A stretch of DNA of 29,941 nucleotides from Bacteroidales bacterium (GCA_031547815.1 JAVBRP010000220.1:1-29941), one strand, 5' to 3'. Counted from the stretch's first letter, positions 8,081 to 17,310 are shown. Notes: generated from the sequence alone by a model not told the origin. Program-made: numbers and translations.

Positions 8081-9363
8081 AAAAAATTGTGGTTTTTGGG
8101 CCCGGGCCGGGTTTTAAAGGCGGCATTGCCAATTTCAATATTTCTTTGGCAAAAGCGTTTGCCATGCAGAATGACACCGAAACGCATATCGTTTCGTGGA
8201 CGAACCAATATCCGTTTTTCATTCCGCGCGATTTCATTGATGACAAAAGTCGATCCGATTTACTCGAGAAAAGCGGCGTAACGGTGTATTACACCATGAA
8301 TTACAATCGTTTTCTTTCGTGGCAGAAAACCTGTAAAACCATTGTGGATTTGAATCCGGATTTTGTCGTTTTTCAATGGTCAAATCCCATACAGGCATTT
8401 CCCATAGGATATTTGATTCGCCAACTGAAAGCCGATACGAACATACGTGTAATCGCCGACCTGCATTTCGGCAACCGTAAGGAATATGCCAAAACGGTGA
8501 AACGGTTGACGAGTTTTGCCATCAAATATGCGGATGCCTACGTGGTGCATTCGTACAAAACGGCTTGCGAAGTGAAGGAGCTTTTTCCCGAAACCGTCTT
8601 CGACCTCATTGAAGGTTCCGACAGTCCGAGCGACAATTCCGACAAGCCGATTCTGAAATTGTATCATCCTATTTATGATATGTATACGCCCGATCCGAAT
8701 TTCGATGTCGCGGCGCAAAAAGAACGGCTGCATTTGCGTCGTTACGTATTTCTGTTTTTCGGATTTATCACCAAATATAAGGGCTTGCATAATGCTATTG
8801 CCGCTTTTGCCGAATTGGCGGCAGCTCGCGACGACGTGTCGCTGCTGATCGTGGGCGAATCGTCGTGGCAAGCGGAAAAACCGAGACGGCGCAATCGCCT
8901 CAAAAAGTTTTTCAGCCGGCATCTGCGGGCGCAATTTGTCAGCAAGCGTGAAGACGAGATTCATTATCATCCGTTGGACATGATCGATCAATTGGGAATT
9001 CGCGACAAAGTTACGGTAGTCAACGAGTTCGTTCCCAACGAAGACGTCCACAAATACTTTCAGGTGAGCGACGCGGGCGTTCTGTTCTATGAAACGGGCA
9101 CCGCATCGGGTGTCGAATCTATTGCATATAATTTTAAAATACCGATAGTGGCCACTCGTGTCGGGCATTTCCCCGAAACGGTGAAAGACGGCGTGACGGG
9201 CTACCTGGCCAATCTCGACGATATACCTTCGATGACGGAGGCTATGTTGAACATCATCGAGCAACCGATTTCTCCGGAGGATATCGAAACGGCTTCCAAA
9301 AGCATGAGTTGGGAAAACTACGCCAAGTACGTACGGAAGATGGCCGATTCTATCATGCAATGA
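8077..9363 (+). CDS. GT4-family (GT-B) glycosyltransferase
   Basis: VFLFFGFITKYKGL, YFQVSDAGVLFY, SGVESIAYNFKIPIVATRVGHFPETVKDGVTGYL; ATGA overlap with the upstream gene. Confidence 0.88.
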   Translation: MKKIVVFGPGPGFKGGIANFNISLAKAFAMQNDTETHIVSWTNQYPFFIPRDFIDDKSRSDLLEKSGVTVYYTMNYNRFLSWQKTCKTIVDLNPDFVVFQWSNPIQAFPIGYLIRQLKADTNIRVIADLHFGNRKEYAKTVKRLTSFAIKYADAYVVHSYKTACEVKELFPETVFDLIEGSDSPSDNSDKPILKLYHPIYDMYTPDPNFDVAAQKERLHLRRYVFLFFGFITKYKGLHNAIAAFAELAAARDDVSLLIVGESSWQAEKPRRRNRLKKFFSRHLRAQFVSKREDEIHYHPLDMIDQLGIRDKVTVVNEFVPNEDVHKYFQVSDAGVLFYETGTASGVESIAYNFKIPIVATRVGHFPETVKDGVTGYLANLDDIPSMTEAMLNIIEQPISPEDIETASKSMSWENYAKYVRKMADSIMQ

Positions 9364-9376
9364 ACCAAGATTTGAT

Positions 9377-9949
9377 ATGGCCGACCGATTCAAAATTCGG
9401 CACGAACAATTTTTCGAGCAACTTTACAAAAGCCGCTACCCCAAGTTAGCCGCTTACGCTTCGCTGTTCCTGAAAAGTGAAGAAGCGCACGATGCGGTGC
9501 AGGAGGTTTTTCTCGACCTGTTGGAAAAAAAGAAAATACGGTTGGATGCCTCCACGCAGGATGCATATCTGTATCGGGCGGTTCAGAATAAATGCGTGGA
9601 TATGATACGGCACCGAACCGTCAAAGATCAATATTCGTCGGCTGCGGGTCAGAAATTGCTGCAAACCGAATCGGAATATTTTTATGCTTCGCGCAACGAA
9701 ATTGAAGACGCATTATTGTCGAAAGAGCTTCGCGAACATATAGATGCCGCCGTCGAAATGCTTCCGCCGAAAGGCCGTGAGGTGTTCAAACTGTATTTCG
9801 AACACCAAAAATCGGCCAAAGAGATCGGCGCCATTCTGGAAATTTCGCGCAGCACGGTCGAAAATCATATTTACACCTGCGTGAAAGCATTGAGATTGAG
9901 GCTTGCCAAGTATCTTTTTATTGGTTGGATACTGTTGCATTGTATGTAA
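9377..9949 (+). CDS. ECF RNA polymerase sigma-70 factor (PUL-associated type)
   Basis: DAVQEVFLDL (region 2), AYLYRAVQNKC, LPPKGREVFKL...SAKEIGAILEISRSTVENHI (region 4); adjacent to FecR-SusC. Confidence 0.95.
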   Translation: MADRFKIRHEQFFEQLYKSRYPKLAAYASLFLKSEEAHDAVQEVFLDLLEKKKIRLDASTQDAYLYRAVQNKCVDMIRHRTVKDQYSSAAGQKLLQTESEYFYASRNEIEDALLSKELREHIDAAVEMLPPKGREVFKLYFEHQKSAKEIGAILEISRSTVENHIYTCVKALRLRLAKYLFIGWILLHCM

Positions 9950-9950
9950 A

Positions 9951-10060
9951 ACCTCTCTCCCCGGCCCTCTCTCCAAAAGAGAGAGGGAGGCGCACTTTCC
10001 GTCAGGCTTGTGTACTGCGCAAGGACTCCCTCTCCTTGTGGAGAGGGTGGGGGGAGAGGT
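9951..10060. repeat. REP-like CCCTCTCC/GGAGAGGG palindromic element
   Basis: Hairpins CCCTCTCTC-CAAAA-GAGAGAGGG (9965-9987) and CCCTCTCC-TTGT-GGAGAGGG (10028-10047), with outer arms ACCTCTC...(9951) and ...GAGAGGT (10060). Confidence 0.8.
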
Positions 10061-10144
10061 AACTCGCAAAAAAAGTAAAAAAAGTTGCCCGGCGACCGGG
10101 TATTTTTCTCTTTTCATCCGAATTAATATATAGAAAGCATTTTC

Positions 10145-11146
10145 ATGGACAATTTAGACGATAAATTAATCGGAAAATATTTTAGCGGCGCTTGCACCGA
10201 AGCGGAAACGGAGCAAATTCTCCGATTTCTGAATGCTTCGGAGGAAAACCGAAGAGAATGGCTGAAACTGCGCATGGTTTCGGCCGAAAGCAACTTTGCC
10301 CGCATTTCCGATCCGGAACACGTCGATCGATCGTACCGTGAACTGCGAAAAGAAAAGGCGACACGCGAAAGACTCGAAAAAGAAATCGTCCGAAAAATAA
10401 CATTACGAGTTGTACGATTTGCCGCAAGTATTTTGTTGTTGGTCGGCGTCTCGTATGCTTCCTATAAAGTCGTATCCGATCGGGTATATCCCGAAATGCT
10501 GACCGTGGCAACCGGAACAAACGAACCCGTGCGGGAAATATTGCTGGGCGACAGCACCCGCGTTTGGCTTTCGGCGGAAAGCAAAATTGAATACCCGAAA
10601 CGATTTTCGGAAAAGGACCGAAACGTTTCCGTTGAAGGGAAGCTCTATTTTGAAGTGGCCAAAGACAGCCGACGTCCGTTTTTTGTCAAAACAGCCGACT
10701 ACACGGTGAAAGTGTTGGGGACAGCCTTCGAGATCACTTCATTTAAAGACGCCCGGTTGTCGGATGTTATTTTGGCGGAAGGGTCGGTAGAAGTACTGAA
10801 AAACGATCTGTCGACGTTGTGCCTGTTGCAACCGGGGCAACAATTCGAACTGAACAGACAAACCGGACGATTCCGCCTGAACGAAGTAGATGCGGAAGTT
10901 TATACGGGATGGCGCGGCGGAAAACTTGAATTCGACGGAATGACCTTTGCCGAAATCGCCAAAGTGCTCGAACGACATTATAATGTTCGCATCGTGTTGG
11001 CCGACGGCATTGCTAAAGAGCAACGCTTGGTGGGGTCGTTGAGTTTCGAGAAGGATATACATGAAATGATGAAAACCATCGAACAGGTTGTTCCTATTAA
11101 ATATAATGTAGCAGTGGATACGGTTGTATTTATTCAATCGAAATAA
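10145..11146 (+). CDS. FecR-family anti-sigma factor
   Basis: N-terminal cytoplasmic helices, TM segment (FAASILLLVGVSYASY), LGDSTRVWLSAESKIEYP, VEGKLYFEVAKD, VLGTAF, LQPGQ. Confidence 0.95.
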   Translation: MDNLDDKLIGKYFSGACTEAETEQILRFLNASEENRREWLKLRMVSAESNFARISDPEHVDRSYRELRKEKATRERLEKEIVRKITLRVVRFAASILLLVGVSYASYKVVSDRVYPEMLTVATGTNEPVREILLGDSTRVWLSAESKIEYPKRFSEKDRNVSVEGKLYFEVAKDSRRPFFVKTADYTVKVLGTAFEITSFKDARLSDVILAEGSVEVLKNDLSTLCLLQPGQQFELNRQTGRFRLNEVDAEVYTGWRGGKLEFDGMTFAEIAKVLERHYNVRIVLADGIAKEQRLVGSLSFEKDIHEMMKTIEQVVPIKYNVAVDTVVFIQSK

Positions 11147-11183
11147 ACATATTCGGGTATTGAAATTCCGAAGAATTATCGAA

Positions 11184-11211
11184 AAAAATCAAAAATCAAA
11201 AATCAAAAATC
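11184..11211 (+). repeat. Heptamer tandem repeat (AAAAATC)x4
   Basis: Four exact copies at 11184, 11191, 11198 and 11205 in the fecR-susC spacer. Confidence 0.9.
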
Positions 11212-11249
11212 AAAAGCCTATGTAATAATCCGGTACCCCAAAATAAAAA

Positions 11250-11279
11250 AGCATGAGAAAGCGCCAACTTCCCCATGCT
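11250..11279 (+). promoter_or_regulatory. Hairpin in the fecR-susC leader
   Basis: AGCATGAGAAAG / CTTCCCCATGCT 12-bp stem with two A-C mismatches and a CGCCAA loop, preceded by an A run; about 50 nt before the susC start. Confidence 0.45.
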
Positions 11280-11330
11280 CGAAAGTGATTTATCCTTAAC
11301 GTCGAATTAAGAAATAAAACAAACAAATCT

Positions 11331-14300
11331 ATGAAAATTTTTAAAATCAATGCATTCATTGATCAAAATTTTATTGTGCAAATGACAAGAACAAGTTTTA
11401 TCTGCATGGTTCTCTTCATACTTGCATTCAACTGTCTCGCTGTGAATACTTACTCGCAAACAGCCCGGTTGAGTATGAATGTAAACAATCCGAATTTGAA
11501 AGATGCTATTGTGGAGATCAAAAAGCAAACCGAATTTGATTTCCTGTACAGCAAGGACATCGAACCGCTTTACCGCGAAAATGCGTCCATTACGGTAGAT
11601 AATGGTACGATTGAGGATGTTTTGAGCCAATTGTTCAAAAACAGCCGAATCGATTACCGGATCATCAACAAGACCATCGTGTTGGTGCCGGGAAGTTTGG
11701 AAAACAATGCCCTGCAAGGATTCACCATTACCGGTATCGTAACCGACTCCGAGGGCAATCCGCTGCCGGGAGCATCCGTGGTGATCAAAGATGCTGCGCG
11801 GGGAACCGTAACCGACCTCAACGGCGCTTATTCCTTGCAGGTGCCCGCCGGGAATACCGTTCTGGTATTTTCGTTTGTGGGGTATACGACGCAAGAATTT
11901 ATTGCGGGAGACCAACGCGTTATCAATGTTACGCTCAGCGAAGACGCGCGCGAGCTTGAAGAAGTGATCGTTATTGGTTACGGAACAGCCAAAAGGCAAG
12001 AATATACCGGCTCGGTCGGCTCCGTGAAAGTGGAAAACACATCCCTTGCGCTGATGCCCAATTTAAACGCTTTGGAATCGCTGAAAGGCACCGTTGCGGG
12101 TATGAATATCGGCGCGGTCAATTCGGCCGGCGGCGAGCCGAATATGTTGATCCGCGGTCAAAACTCCATAAACGGGGATAATAAACCGTTGATCTTATTG
12201 GACGGGGTGATTTTCATGGGCAGTTTAGCCGACATCAACCCAAATGACATTGCAAGTTATGATGTTTTGAAAGACGCCGTGTCATCTGCCGCTTATGGCT
12301 CAAGATCGGCCAACGGCGTCATTTCCATCACCACCAAAAAAGGACGATCGCCCAAACCCGTCATCACCCTGAACGCATCCGCCGGCGTGCAAACATGGCC
12401 CAATCGCCCGGAGGTACTGAAAGGTGAAGAATGGTTGGAAATTGTCAATCTGCGCAACGGCAATTCCGAAGGCACTACCTCGTGGTTGAGCGCCGGCGAG
12501 TTGGCCAACAGGGAGAATAATAAGGAAACGGTATGGTTAGACGAAGCAACCCGTGTCGGCACCATGCAGGACTATCAATTGTCGGTTTCCGGAGGAAGGG
12601 AAGGTATTAACTATTACCTGTCGACATCGTACAATAATAACCACGGCGTGGTGATCGGCGATGAGTTCGAGCGTATTTCCGTTTTCGGGAAAATAAATAC
12701 CGATATTACCGGCTGGCTGAATATCGGGGCAGATGCGAATTTTTCGCGCCTGAACTATCAAAACGTTCACGCAGCCATCAACGTCGCGCAATTGATGTCT
12801 CCTTATGGCGTTATGTACCGTGACGACAAGGGAAATCTCGAACGGTATCCGTACGGGCAGTCGCTTGCCAACCCGTTGTGGGGTGTGGAAGATAATACGC
12901 GCGACAGATTGGATATGCGAAATTCTTTCCGGCTGAACACGTATGCGGTAGTTCGTCTTCCGTGGGTAAAGGGATTGAGTTATCGTATTCACTTCCTGCC
13001 CAATCTCCGCCAAAGCAGAATCGGTAATTTTTTCCACGAAAATTATTATATCGGCGAAGGAGAGGGAATAGAACGTTATGCCCCTGCGGAAACACAAAAA
13101 CAATTGACAAACGCCAATGGCAACATGCTCCAAAACAGGACGTACAGTTATGTGTTCGACAACATTCTTACCTATAAAAATACATTCGGCAAGCACGGCG
13201 TAGAAGCTACTCTGGTGGCAACGCGCGACCGTACGGAATTTGACAGAACCTACATCACCGGGAAAGATTTTGTCGCTAACGGAAATACTTCGTTGGGCAT
13301 GTGGGCGCTTCATAAAGCCGGCGTCCAAACAATCACTCAGGGACCTGATTGGGAAAGAGCCAACATCGGTTATCTGGCGCGCGCCAATTATTCTTATGAA
13401 AGCAAATATTTTTTCACCGGATCGGTACGCAGGGACGGCGCCTCGGTGTTCGGAGAAAATCGCAAATGGGGAACATTCGCTGCCGCAGGTGTGGCGTGGC
13501 GGATTACGGAAGAAAATTTCATGAAACGAATAGACTTCCTGAACAACTTGAAATTGAAATTCGCATGGGGACAAAACGGTAACCAGGGAGTAGACCCCTA
13601 CACAACGCTGTCGAAAGTAGTGAACGGGGCAACCAGCGGTTTACCCTACGAATTTTCAAATACGGGATCGACCATTTATTACGGATTGAACCAAACCGAA
13701 ATGGGTAATGCCGATCTGGGATGGGAAAAAACCAATGCTTGGAATATCGGTTTTGAGTCGGCTTGGCTGAGGAACCGGCTGTTCGTCGATCTGGATATGT
13801 ATTATTCGCAAACCACCGACCAAATTTTTGAACGGAATATCCCGGTCATGACCGGTTTCAAAACGGTTTACTCATCCATGGGGCGAGTAGACAACAAGGG
13901 CGTGGAACTTAATATCCGCTCGGTGAATATCGAAGCCGGGGATTTGACATGGATGAGCAACCTCACCTTTTGGCTCAACCGGAATAAATTGGTGAAACTT
14001 TACGGGGAGTTGGATGCAAACGGCAAGGAAAAGGACGATATCGATAACTCATTGTTTATCGGCAAATCGTTAAGTGCGATATACGGATTCAGACAAATCG
14101 GAATCGTACAGGAAGACGATACGGAGTATATCGCACAAACGGGTATTCAACCCGGTATGCCCAAGTATGCCGATTTGGACGGTAAAGCCGGTATTTCGGC
14201 GGACGGGGATCGTGAGATATTGGGATACGGTAAGGAAAATTTCCGGCTGAATCTTGGCAATACGGTAAGTTATAAAGGTTTTGAACTCTATGTATTGGTT

Positions 14301-14708
14301 ACGGGTATTTTCGGCGGTAACAATTGGTATATGAAAGAAAATACGCGGGCTTATTTGATGGGTACCGGCGGAAGGTTCAACGAAAATACGGTAGCCAAGC
14401 CTTACTGGACGCCCGAGAACAAGAGTAACGAGTATCCGGCGTTAGGGTTCGTCGGCGACGGCGGCAAGTTCTTAGGACTTCAGTCGCACGGGTTTGTCAG
14501 GATACAGGATATTGCCTTTTCCTACACCTTCAATCAACCGTGGGTTAAAGCCGCAAAAATCAACGCGCTCAAAGTGTTCTTCACAGCCAAGAATGTAGCA
14601 TGGTTCACCAAATGGGACGGAGGCGATCCCGAAACCGCCGCGCGTTACTTTGACGATACCTTACCGGTGGTGGCAACCTATTCTTTGGGACTTAACGTTA
14701 GTTTCTAA
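11331..14708 (+). CDS. SusC-like TonB-dependent transporter with N-terminal signalling (STN) domain
   Basis: N-terminal extension (LKDAIVEIKKQTEFDFLY), CarbopepD_reg-like domain (PLPGASVVIK), LEEVIVIGYG, plug (VLKDAVSSAAYGSRSANGVI), C-terminal YSLGLNVSF. The true start may be a downstream Met. Confidence 0.96.
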   Translation: MKIFKINAFIDQNFIVQMTRTSFICMVLFILAFNCLAVNTYSQTARLSMNVNNPNLKDAIVEIKKQTEFDFLYSKDIEPLYRENASITVDNGTIEDVLSQLFKNSRIDYRIINKTIVLVPGSLENNALQGFTITGIVTDSEGNPLPGASVVIKDAARGTVTDLNGAYSLQVPAGNTVLVFSFVGYTTQEFIAGDQRVINVTLSEDARELEEVIVIGYGTAKRQEYTGSVGSVKVENTSLALMPNLNALESLKGTVAGMNIGAVNSAGGEPNMLIRGQNSINGDNKPLILLDGVIFMGSLADINPNDIASYDVLKDAVSSAAYGSRSANGVISITTKKGRSPKPVITLNASAGVQTWPNRPEVLKGEEWLEIVNLRNGNSEGTTSWLSAGELANRENNKETVWLDEATRVGTMQDYQLSVSGGREGINYYLSTSYNNNHGVVIGDEFERISVFGKINTDITGWLNIGADANFSRLNYQNVHAAINVAQLMSPYGVMYRDDKGNLERYPYGQSLANPLWGVEDNTRDRLDMRNSFRLNTYAVVRLPWVKGLSYRIHFLPNLRQSRIGNFFHENYYIGEGEGIERYAPAETQKQLTNANGNMLQNRTYSYVFDNILTYKNTFGKHGVEATLVATRDRTEFDRTYITGKDFVANGNTSLGMWALHKAGVQTITQGPDWERANIGYLARANYSYESKYFFTGSVRRDGASVFGENRKWGTFAAAGVAWRITEENFMKRIDFLNNLKLKFAWGQNGNQGVDPYTTLSKVVNGATSGLPYEFSNTGSTIYYGLNQTEMGNADLGWEKTNAWNIGFESAWLRNRLFVDLDMYYSQTTDQIFERNIPVMTGFKTVYSSMGRVDNKGVELNIRSVNIEAGDLTWMSNLTFWLNRNKLVKLYGELDANGKEKDDIDNSLFIGKSLSAIYGFRQIGIVQEDDTEYIAQTGIQPGMPKYADLDGKAGISADGDREILGYGKENFRLNLGNTVSYKGFELYVLVTGIFGGNNWYMKENTRAYLMGTGGRFNENTVAKPYWTPENKSNEYPALGFVGDGGKFLGLQSHGFVRIQDIAFSYTFNQPWVKAAKINALKVFFTAKNVAWFTKWDGGDPETAARYFDDTLPVVATYSLGLNVSF

Positions 14709-14728
14709 TCATATCTAAATATTGAAAA

Positions 14729-16537
14729 ATGAAAATGACAACATATTTTTGGAGATTGCTCCTTGCGGTGGTAATGTTCGCACAGGCAGGGTGTAATGAT
14801 AATGCTTTCCTTGAGGAAAAACCCACCACATTTTATACCATCGACAATGTTTTTTCCACATCCGAACAGGTAGATCAGGTGTTGATTGCGCTTTATACCC
14901 TCGCAAGAGATTTAAAGACCGGTGTCGGTAATGCTTGGGTTCACGACATGAAAATGAAAGGCACCGACATGTTCGACGTGTCGAGCATCAGATTGGCAGG
15001 AACTTTCAGCGATTACAGCATCGTCAATCCGCTTCACGATACGTTTTATAACGCATACAGCGCATGGTATTATATGGTTGCCCGCGCCAATTTGGCTTTA
15101 TATGCTATCGATTTACCTCAAATCACTTGGGCGTCGGACGACGATAAGGCTTATGCAGAGGCTCAAGCCCGTTTTTTCCGCGCTTATGCCTACAAAAATC
15201 TCGCGCAATTATTCGGCGGCGTAGCCCTTGTAAAAGAACTCCAAGAAGCGCCCCGGTTCGATTATGTACGCTCCTCGCGGGTAGAAACCTATCAATATGC
15301 CATTGATGAACTGTTGGCCGTCCTCGAAGATTTGCCGGAAACAACCGTTTCCGGAGGACGTATTGTACGGGGCGCCGCGCAGCACAACCTCGCGGAACTC
15401 TATCTGTCGATGGGCACGCAGTTGGCTGCCGACGGTAAAGCCGCCGAAGCACAAGCCGCTTTCGCTTCTTCCGTTAATTATGCCAACCTGTTGATTGACG
15501 GCGGAACATACAGATTGATCGGAAGTCGCTTCGGATCGCGAAAAGCCGAAAACAAATTCACGTTCAATGTTTACAGAAACGGTACAGCTTCCACACCCAC
15601 GAAAAACAATGTGGTAGACACCATTCAGGTCACCGCAAACTATTATTGGGACTTGTTTCAGGAAGGCAATATAAACTATCAGGACGGCAATACGGAATGC
15701 ATCTGGGCGGTTCAGGTCGATTTGGACGCTTATAAAACAGGAAAGAGTTCGGGATCGAGACTTGAGTATCCCCGCGTTTACGGGCCGGTAATGCGCGATG
15801 TACATTCCACGGTGATCCGCGGCACATTGGAAGATGTCGGCGGACGCGGAATCGGATCGATCATCCCTACCATGTACACGCGGGATGTGATATATGAAGG
15901 CAAATTTGCCAAGGATATGCGAAATTCCGAAGCGGTCTTCCGCAGACGATTCAAAGGGAATTATGATAATGCCGCTAATCTGTATTACCGTAAGGATATT
16001 CCGTGGGATTATTTGTACTACGGTAAGCCAAGCGCGAGCGACAATGACAATGCCCGCAGTTTGTGTTTCCCCCTTTCCTGTAAAATTTCTACCGATAAAT
16101 TTTCCGGTCTCGACAAAGGCGAAAACATGAGCCATCTGTTTCGCGACGAATACATCATCCGACTTTCGGAGACCGTCCTTGTGCGTGCCGAAGCCAAACA
16201 AAGGAGCGGCGACAAGACAGGTGCGGCGGCAGACATCAATATATTGCGCAAGCGTGCAAAATGCGACTACGAGGTTACGGCAGCCGATATGGATGACAAA
16301 TTCGATATGATCCTCGACGAACGCGCTCGCGAATTAGTGTACGAAGAATACCGCTGGCAGACCTTATTACGCATGGGCGGTACCATCGCCTCGGATCGTA
16401 TTCGCAAGTATGCGTATTGGCCGGCCACAGCAGCCACCCTTACCTTTAATTATAACCTGTGGCCCATACCGCAAACGGTTCTCGACTCCAATAAGGATTC
16501 GGAATGGAAGCAAAACCCGGGTTGGGAAAACAGGTAG
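14729..16537 (+). CDS. SusD/RagB family lipoprotein
   Basis: Lipoprotein signal ending AQAG-C; AEAQARFFRAYAY, IIRLSETVLVRAEA, INILRKRA, ILDERARELVYEEYRW, QNPGW. Confidence 0.95.
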   Translation: MKMTTYFWRLLLAVVMFAQAGCNDNAFLEEKPTTFYTIDNVFSTSEQVDQVLIALYTLARDLKTGVGNAWVHDMKMKGTDMFDVSSIRLAGTFSDYSIVNPLHDTFYNAYSAWYYMVARANLALYAIDLPQITWASDDDKAYAEAQARFFRAYAYKNLAQLFGGVALVKELQEAPRFDYVRSSRVETYQYAIDELLAVLEDLPETTVSGGRIVRGAAQHNLAELYLSMGTQLAADGKAAEAQAAFASSVNYANLLIDGGTYRLIGSRFGSRKAENKFTFNVYRNGTASTPTKNNVVDTIQVTANYYWDLFQEGNINYQDGNTECIWAVQVDLDAYKTGKSSGSRLEYPRVYGPVMRDVHSTVIRGTLEDVGGRGIGSIIPTMYTRDVIYEGKFAKDMRNSEAVFRRRFKGNYDNAANLYYRKDIPWDYLYYGKPSASDNDNARSLCFPLSCKISTDKFSGLDKGENMSHLFRDEYIIRLSETVLVRAEAKQRSGDKTGAAADINILRKRAKCDYEVTAADMDDKFDMILDERARELVYEEYRWQTLLRMGGTIASDRIRKYAYWPATAATLTFNYNLWPIPQTVLDSNKDSEWKQNPGWENR

Positions 16538-16891
16538 GAGAATTTGTGTACCCCGAAGAAAAGATTTTGCTTCCGCCAAGGGAAATTGCCTCAAAAACCG
16601 GCACCGGTTCCTCGTCGGGAGCAAATCGTTCCTCGAAAAAGGACAATCCTGCATACATTTTTGCGGAAGTTTCCACGAATAACTTCGTTATCGCCCGGAA
16701 ATCAACCGATGTTGCCTTAAATAATAGAATAGCAGCCGCAAAAGAAAACAAAAAAATGCCTCTCCGGAGGCAAATTGCCTCACCCGGAGGAATGTTGTCG
16801 GTTTTTGAGGCAATGTTGTCGGTTTTTATAGCAATTTCGGACGGAAAAATAAGGATGCCGGGATAATTCGGGAAGACATCGGGACAATTAA
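16538..16891. repeat. Degenerate 21-nt-period array in two head-to-head blocks
   Basis: N[G/T]C[C/A] recurs at exact 21-nt steps (16587, 16608, 16629, 16650, 16671, 16692, 16713, 16734, 16776). AT recurs at 16792, 16813, 16834, 16855. ATTGCCTCAAAAACCG (16585-16600) is perfectly inverted at 16799-16814. Confidence 0.75.
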
Positions 16892-17270
16892 TAATGCGAA
16901 TCAAGGGTTGGATTTGGGCTAAAGCCCTTGATTATTTGTGCATTCGTAATCCATTGGCTAAAGCCAACGGCAATAATTTGAGATAGTGTTGCTCATCGTT
17001 GCCGTCTGCTTTAGCTGACGGATAAATTTGAGTAGTGTCGTGTCAACAACAAAATGACGGTTTCGTCGGCGATAGAGTCACGTAGCGACGACATCTTTGT
17101 AGCCCCCCGGGATGATAATCCCGGGTATTGAATGCGCCAATCAAATCTTGAGCCGCGTAGCGGCGACACCTTATTGGCAATATCGTCATTTCGCTGTTGA
17201 CACGACAGTGGCCTATCTATGGGGCTTTAGCCAAAACAGTAAAGCATTTTTCAACCCTTGATTCGCATTA
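16892..17270. mobile_element. About 380-bp MITE-like element with 19-bp perfect terminal inverted repeats, carrying REP hairpins
   Basis: TAATGCGAATCAAGGGTTG (16892-16910) / CAACCCTTGATTCGCATTA (17252-17270); internal GGCTAAAGCC-family palindromes at 16913-16927, 16951-16973, 16999-17021 and 17221-17236; no transposase. Confidence 0.75.
17036..17207. mobile_element. Nested 172-bp MITE-like element
   Basis: 24-bp terminal inverted repeats with 2 mismatches (TGTCGTGTCAACAACAAAATGACG at 17036-17059; reverse complement at 17184-17207), enclosing two GAG(T/C)C(A/G)CGTAGCG(A/G)CGACA copies (17075, 17150) and a CCCGGG hairpin. Confidence 0.65.
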
Positions 17271-17310
17271 ATAACAAAAACCTCCGGAATTTTGGAAATT
17301 CCGGAGGTTT
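17270..17310 (-). terminator. Intrinsic terminator / REP-like hairpin after the 155-aa gene
   Basis: 15-bp perfect stem AAACCTCCGGAATTT (17278-17292) / AAATTCCGGAGGTTT (17296-17310), followed on the minus strand by TTGTTATT. Confidence 0.7.

Noticed and set aside
10085-10135. Candidate ECF promoter upstream of fecR (GGGTATTTTT...CCGAATTAAT)
   Set aside because: The position is plausible, but I have no reliable consensus for this sigma factor to test it against.
16446-16904. Overlapping ORFs on both strands across the 21-nt array as real protein-coding genes
   Set aside because: Both overlap the susD 3' end, the minus-strand one starts inside a MITE end, and the peptides are proline-rich with no fold signal. 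Open frames are expected from triplet-multiple repeats. Not fully excluded.
16538-17310. CRISPR array or TIGR-type array
   Set aside because: There is no constant 23-47-nt repeat with unique spacers, no 36-nt period with box C/D-like motifs, and no cas or Nop-domain gene in the window.
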